Below, in pieces: positions 59,395-64,000 of a stretch of DNA of 64,000 nt. The stretch's first letter is position 1. Each line of letters begins with the position of its first letter. The stretch comes from Escherichia coli (GTDB lineage Bacteria > Pseudomonadota > Gammaproteobacteria > Enterobacterales > Enterobacteriaceae): assembly GCF_013122565.1 (NCBI RefSeq), contig NZ_CP053258.1; one strand, written 5' to 3'. Below the pieces are notes generated by a model. The model was not told the DNA's origin and made no database searches. It saw only the letters and a program-made list of their open reading frames with translations. Both the position numbers and the translations under genes were made by a program.

Positions 59395-59688
59395 ATGGCT
59401 ATTACCTATATCGTTGTTTTAACCTATGTAAAACCACTCAGCGAAGTCGATGAGCAAATTCCGGCTCATATCGAATGGTTAAAAAAAGGTTATTCAGATG
59501 GTGTTTTTCTCGCATCTGGAAGAAGAGTACCCCGCAATGGGGGCATCATTCTAGCTCAATGCAATGATATTCATGCTTTAGAACAACGCCTGAGTCAGGA
59601 TCCATTCCGAAAGAGTGGGATCGCGGAGTCAGTAATTATTCCGTTTGAAGCCAGTATGAAATCAGAAGCATTACAGGATATTTTTTAG
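59395..59688 (+). CDS. YciI-family (Dabb-like) small protein, 97 aa
   Basis: ATG at 59395 preceded by aaggatatcag; product ITYIVVLTYVKPLSEVDEQIPAHIEWLKKGY...DPFRKSGIAESVIIPFEA parallels yciI motifs (PAHxxxL, DPY/F, VxPF). Confidence 0.7.
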   Translation: MAITYIVVLTYVKPLSEVDEQIPAHIEWLKKGYSDGVFLASGRRVPRNGGIILAQCNDIHALEQRLSQDPFRKSGIAESVIIPFEASMKSEALQDIF

Positions 59689-59949
59689 TTATCACATGGA
59701 TGAGGTGAACCATCGATTTGGTTCAACTCACCGAAATAATTACACCTATTACGTGGTGGGTAAATGCGAACGTTATCGTGCCACAGAACCGGCCTGTATA
59801 ACTATTTTCAGATAAGCTCCTGCCGATAATTCTGCGGATCATGATATTCTTGACTATCTATCGTCAGTTATCACCCGTGATTTACTGCTTAGATACCGGT
59901 GAGGACTAAAAAACTATTATGTGGCGCACATAATGATTTTTTCTATCTT

Positions 59950-61869
59950 TCATACCCGGCGCTTAAACTGCCCTGCATCAATGCCATGTTGCTTCATTTT
60001 CCGCCACAGCGTAGTGCGGCCGATTCCAAGTAAAGCCGACATTTCCTGAATGCGACCGCCTGTGACCTGGGCTGCGTTAATAATTGCCTCTTTTTCAACT
60101 TCCGCAAATGACAGACTGGTGGAAAGGCGTGTGGCGCTGACATCATCTGTCGCCTGCTCGGTAAACAGATGTTCCGGCAAATCACTGACGCGAATGCGCC
60201 CATTATCACTACTCAGAGCAAGATTCTCGATGACGCTGTAAAGTTCAAAATCGTTGCCTGGCCATGCACAAGAAACCAGGCGAGCGAGGGCATCGTCATC
60301 AATTTTCAGCCGCGTAGAGAAGCGTTTTTCAAGACTGAGTAATTTGTTATTCACCAACGCCGGAATGCTGCCACGCCGCATACGCAGAGGCGGGATGGTA
60401 ATTTCAAATGCATGCAACGCGTAATACAGCTGGCGACTAAAACGATTTTGTTCCACCAGCATTGCGAGGTCCGCGGTCGTTGTGGCAATCACTTTGACAT
60501 CAATTGGTATTAAACGCCGCGCATCCAGTCGCGTGATAACACCCTGCTTGATAACCTGAAGCAAAGCAGACTGTAACTCCACCGCCAGATATTCAATCTT
60601 TTCAAGAAACAGCGTGCCGCCGTGCGCCAGTTCCAGCCGACTCAGACGGCCATTTTCATTGTCCGTGCGATCGCCACCAATAAATTCTTCCACCAGCGCC
60701 GCATCACCATATAACTCACAATTGACGGCGATATAAGGACCTGCAGCACGCTCGCTTTCATTATGAATTGCCTGACTTAGCAGTGCCTTTCCCACGCCCT
60801 CTTCTCCACAAAGCAGGACAGGAAAGCTACTGCGCGCCGCCTGGCGACCAAAATGAATCAAGCGGCGGGTTTGCGGATCGTCCTGTGGCATATGAGCGAA
60901 GGTATGGCTGACTTTTCCTAATTGACTGGTCATTAACTGCCGCATCTGTTCCACAGGATGGAGCAACAAAATAAAGCTGGTTCCCTGCGTTTCTATTATC
61001 GGTTTAAGGGTTATCACCGCATCAATAAACTGGTGCTGGCTTTCAAAGGTTGCTTCTACGTGTTTGAGCGGATGTGCCTGTTTTATTGCTTGTTGCAATA
61101 CGGCGGGTAACGTTAAGAGTTCAGTGATTGCCCTTCCCTGACTTGCCGTCGCGTCAAGGCGCAAGACCCGCGCCGCCTGGGCATTGATAAATTGCAAATT
61201 ACCCTGCTCGTCCCAGCTAATCACGCCATCATCCATACTTTCTAACAGGGCATTAAGTTGATTTAAATGACGGTTAGTTTCAGCGAGCAAACTGTCCGTC
61301 AGCAGTAAATTTCCGACCTCGCGGGCGATTGCCAACGTCAACGGCAAATCAGCTGCGGTAGTTTGCTCAACCGGACACGCCAGCGCTATTGTTCCCGTCA
61401 ATCGGCCCTTGCTGTCAAACAACGGCGTTGCACAAAAGGCCCAGTTCCAGAGTGCCTGTTTGAAATGTTGATCGGCCATCGTTTTCACGGCCTGACCAGA
61501 GATAGCCGCTAACGATAGCGCACAAGTACCAATAATTCCCTCGGCGCAATACGTGCCGTCATTGAATCCCAGTGCACTTAGCTGCTGCAAGGTTTGCGGA
61601 TCGCCATTACGGCTGAGAATGCAGGCGGTTTCATCGAGAATAAACAGCGCACACTCTCGCGGTGCCATATATTCCCAGGCATCTTCCAGCGCAGCCTGCC
61701 CGAGCGTCAGCATCGCTTTCTTACGCCGATAAATAGAAGCAAATGTCACGCCCTGGGCCTGATGTGGTACGTTCCATGTCTCCCGTTTCATCAGTTTATT
61801 GCATCGCTCCCAGGAGGTTGCAATTAAGGGTGATATGCCCCGACCATCGTTGTTAAAAGCGCCACTCAT
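59950..61869 (-). CDS. dhaR: Dihydroxyacetone kinase operon activator DhaR (639 aa; alternative ATG 3 codons upstream at 61878)
   Basis: GAF/PAS N-terminus, AAA+ central domain (GEEGVGK), C-terminal HTH; recognised sequence. Confidence 0.93.
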   Translation of the reverse strand: MSGAFNNDGRGISPLIATSWERCNKLMKRETWNVPHQAQGVTFASIYRRKKAMLTLGQAALEDAWEYMAPRECALFILDETACILSRNGDPQTLQQLSALGFNDGTYCAEGIIGTCALSLAAISGQAVKTMADQHFKQALWNWAFCATPLFDSKGRLTGTIALACPVEQTTAADLPLTLAIAREVGNLLLTDSLLAETNRHLNQLNALLESMDDGVISWDEQGNLQFINAQAARVLRLDATASQGRAITELLTLPAVLQQAIKQAHPLKHVEATFESQHQFIDAVITLKPIIETQGTSFILLLHPVEQMRQLMTSQLGKVSHTFAHMPQDDPQTRRLIHFGRQAARSSFPVLLCGEEGVGKALLSQAIHNESERAAGPYIAVNCELYGDAALVEEFIGGDRTDNENGRLSRLELAHGGTLFLEKIEYLAVELQSALLQVIKQGVITRLDARRLIPIDVKVIATTTADLAMLVEQNRFSRQLYYALHAFEITIPPLRMRRGSIPALVNNKLLSLEKRFSTRLKIDDDALARLVSCAWPGNDFELYSVIENLALSSDNGRIRVSDLPEHLFTEQATDDVSATRLSTSLSFAEVEKEAIINAAQVTGGRIQEMSALLGIGRTTLWRKMKQHGIDAGQFKRRV

Positions 61870-62096
61870 ATCCCGCATCCCTTATGACAAAAGGTGTTCC
61901 GGCTCGCAATTTTAAGTATTAATACACGTATAAGTTTCAATATGGAACATTCATTAAAGCATATGTTTCACTATGAAACATAATTTGGGCTAATTTTCTT
62001 TTCCCTTGCCTGATGCACAATGGATTCATCGGCAGTCAGTGGTCGCCGTGTCGTTGAACATCATCCATGCCCTACCGTAATTGCTGGAGCAAAATA

Positions 62097-63167
62097 ATGA
62101 AAAAATTGATCAATGATGTGCAAGACGTACTGGACGAACAACTGGCAGGACTGGCGAAAGCGCATCCATCGCTGACACTGCATCAGGATCCGGTGTATGT
62201 CACCCGAGCTGATGCCCCCGTGGCAGGAAAAGTCGCCCTGCTGTCGGGCGGCGGCAGCGGACACGAGCCGATGCACTGTGGTTATATTGGTCAGGGGATG
62301 CTTTCGGGGGCCTGTCCGGGCGAAATTTTCACCTCACCGACGCCCGATAAAATCTTTGAATGCGCCATGCAAATTGATGGCGGCGAAGGTGTACTGTTGA
62401 TTATCAAAAATTACACCGGAGATATTCTTAACTTCGAAACAGCAACCGAGTTACTGCACGATAGCGGCGTAAAAGTGACCACTGTGGTCATTGATGACGA
62501 CGTTGCAGTAAAAGACAGTCTTTATACCGCCGGGCGACGCGGCGTTGCCAACACCGTATTAATTGAAAAACTCGTAGGCGCAGCGGCGGAACGTGGCGAC
62601 TCACTGGACGCCTGTGCGGAACTGGGGCGTAAGTTGAATAATCAAGGCCACTCAATAGGTATCGCTCTCGGTGCCTGTACCGTTCCTGCCGCGGGCAAAC
62701 CTTCTTTTACCCTTGCGGATAATGAGATGGAGTTTGGCGTCGGCATTCATGGTGAGCCGGGTATTGACCGCCGTCCCTTCTCTTCCCTTGATCAAACCGT
62801 CGATGAAATGTTCGACACCCTGCTGGAAAATGGCTCATACCATCGCACTTTGCGTTTCTGGGATTATCAACAAGGCAGCTGGCAGGAAGAACCACAAACC
62901 AAACAACCGCTCCAGTCTGGCGATCGGGTGATTGCGCTGGTTAACAATCTTGGCGCAACTCCGCTTTCTGAGCTGTACGGCGTCTATAACCGCCTGACCA
63001 CACGTTGCCAGCAAGCAGGATTGACTATCGAACGTAATTTAATTGGCGCGTACTGCACCTCACTGGATATGACCGGTTTCTCAATCACCTTACTGAAAGT
63101 TGATGACGAAACGCTGGCACTCTGGGACGCCCCGGTCCACACCCCGGCCCTTAACTGGGGTAAATAA
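62097..63167 (+). CDS. dhaK: PTS-dependent dihydroxyacetone kinase, DHA-binding subunit DhaK (356 aa)
   Basis: MKKLINDVQDVLDEQLAGLAKAHPSLTL recognised; ATG at 62097. Confidence 0.95.
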   Translation: MKKLINDVQDVLDEQLAGLAKAHPSLTLHQDPVYVTRADAPVAGKVALLSGGGSGHEPMHCGYIGQGMLSGACPGEIFTSPTPDKIFECAMQIDGGEGVLLIIKNYTGDILNFETATELLHDSGVKVTTVVIDDDVAVKDSLYTAGRRGVANTVLIEKLVGAAAERGDSLDACAELGRKLNNQGHSIGIALGACTVPAAGKPSFTLADNEMEFGVGIHGEPGIDRRPFSSLDQTVDEMFDTLLENGSYHRTLRFWDYQQGSWQEEPQTKQPLQSGDRVIALVNNLGATPLSELYGVYNRLTTRCQQAGLTIERNLIGAYCTSLDMTGFSITLLKVDDETLALWDAPVHTPALNWGK

Positions 63168-63177
63168 GGAGAAAGCA

Positions 63178-63810
63178 ATGTCACTGAGCAGAACTCAAAT
63201 TGTTAACTGGCTCACTCGTTGTGGCGATATTTTCAGCACCGAGAGCGAGTATCTTACCGGACTGGATCGCGAGATTGGCGACGCTGACCACGGGCTAAAT
63301 ATGAACCGAGGCTTTAGCAAAGTGGTGGAAAAACTCCCTGCTATCGCAGATAAAGATATCGGTTTCATTCTCAAGAATACTGGTATGACGCTGCTTTCCA
63401 GCGTCGGTGGTGCCAGTGGTCCGCTGTTCGGTACCTTCTTTATCCGCGCCTCACAGGCGACCCAGGCACGGCAAGGCCTGACGCTGGAAGAGCTTTATCA
63501 GATGTTCCGCGATGGTGCGGACGGCGTAATTAGTCGCGGGAAAGCCGAACCTGGCGATAAAACCATGTGTGATGTGTGGGTGCCGGTGGTGGAATCGTTA
63601 CGTCAGTCCAGCGAGCAAAATCTCTCTGTTCCGGCGGCGCTCGAAGCTGCCAGTAGCATCGCCGAATCCGCTGCACAAAGTACGATTACGATGCAAGCCC
63701 GCAAAGGCCGCGCCAGTTATCTCGGTGAACGCAGTATTGGTCACCAGGATCCCGGCGCGACCTCGGTGATGTTTATGATGCAAATGTTGGCGTTAGCCGC
63801 AAAAGAGTAA
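63178..63810 (+). CDS. dhaL: PTS-dependent dihydroxyacetone kinase, ADP-binding subunit DhaL (210 aa)
   Basis: MSLSRTQIVNWLTRCGDIFSTESEYLTGLDREIGDADHG recognised; ATG at 63178. Confidence 0.95.
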   Translation: MSLSRTQIVNWLTRCGDIFSTESEYLTGLDREIGDADHGLNMNRGFSKVVEKLPAIADKDIGFILKNTGMTLLSSVGGASGPLFGTFFIRASQATQARQGLTLEELYQMFRDGADGVISRGKAEPGDKTMCDVWVPVVESLRQSSEQNLSVPAALEAASSIAESAAQSTITMQARKGRASYLGERSIGHQDPGATSVMFMMQMLALAAKE

Positions 63811-63820
63811 GGAATTGGTG

Positions 63821-64000
63821 ATGGTAAACCTGGTCATAGTTTCACATAGCAGCCGACTGGGAGAAGGTGTCGGTGAATTAGCCCGTCAGATGTTAATGAG
63901 TGATAGTTGTAAAATCGCCATTGCTGCGGGAATTGACGATCCACAAAATCCCATTGGTACCGATGCCGTCAAAGTGATGGAGGCCATAGAATCTGTTGCC
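63821..64000 (+). CDS. dhaM: PTS phosphotransferase subunit DhaM, N-terminal portion (runs off window end)
   Basis: ATG at 63821; MVNLVIVSHSSRLGEGVGELARQM EIIA-Man-like start; operon context. Confidence 0.88.
   Translation, partial: MVNLVIVSHSSRLGEGVGELARQMLMSDSCKIAIAAGIDDPQNPIGTDAVKVMEAIESVA

Overview
This window reads as a ~64-kb stretch of Escherichia coli chromosome with K-12-like synteny (ompW, yciCBA, tonB, yciI, kch, cls, yciU, oppFDCBA, ychE, adhE, tdk, hns, galU, rssBA, ychJ, purU, tRNA-Tyr, narIJHG, narK, narXL, ychO, ychN, chaCBA, kdsA, ychA, ychQ, prmC, prfA, hemA, lolB, ispE, prs, dauA, ychH, pth, ychF, ycgV, dhaR, dhaKLM), in reverse orientation relative to the usual MG1655 map. 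Almost all of it is core housekeeping DNA, identified by reading the ORF translations against protein families I recognise. No database search was run, and hand-called coordinates (tRNA, small ORFs, terminators, binding sites) may be off by a few bp. Departures from the K-12 layout as I remember it: (1) an extra ~0.95 kb between oppF and yciU encoding a Kv-type voltage-gated K+ channel with a C-terminal zinc ribbon, the most interesting locus here; (2) a single ldr/rdl type I toxin-antitoxin copy between chaA and kdsA, whose 35-codon toxin ORF is too short for the ORF track; (3) one tRNA-Tyr followed by about one rtT-type repeat rather than a tandem tRNA pair; (4) an AT-rich segment between ycgV and dhaR encoding a second YciI-family protein; (5) a frameshifted IS4-family transposase remnant between adhE and tdk. 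I found no CRISPR array, rRNA, intact IS or prophage. I cannot show that any of these is previously undescribed; the channel gene is the best candidate for a second look.
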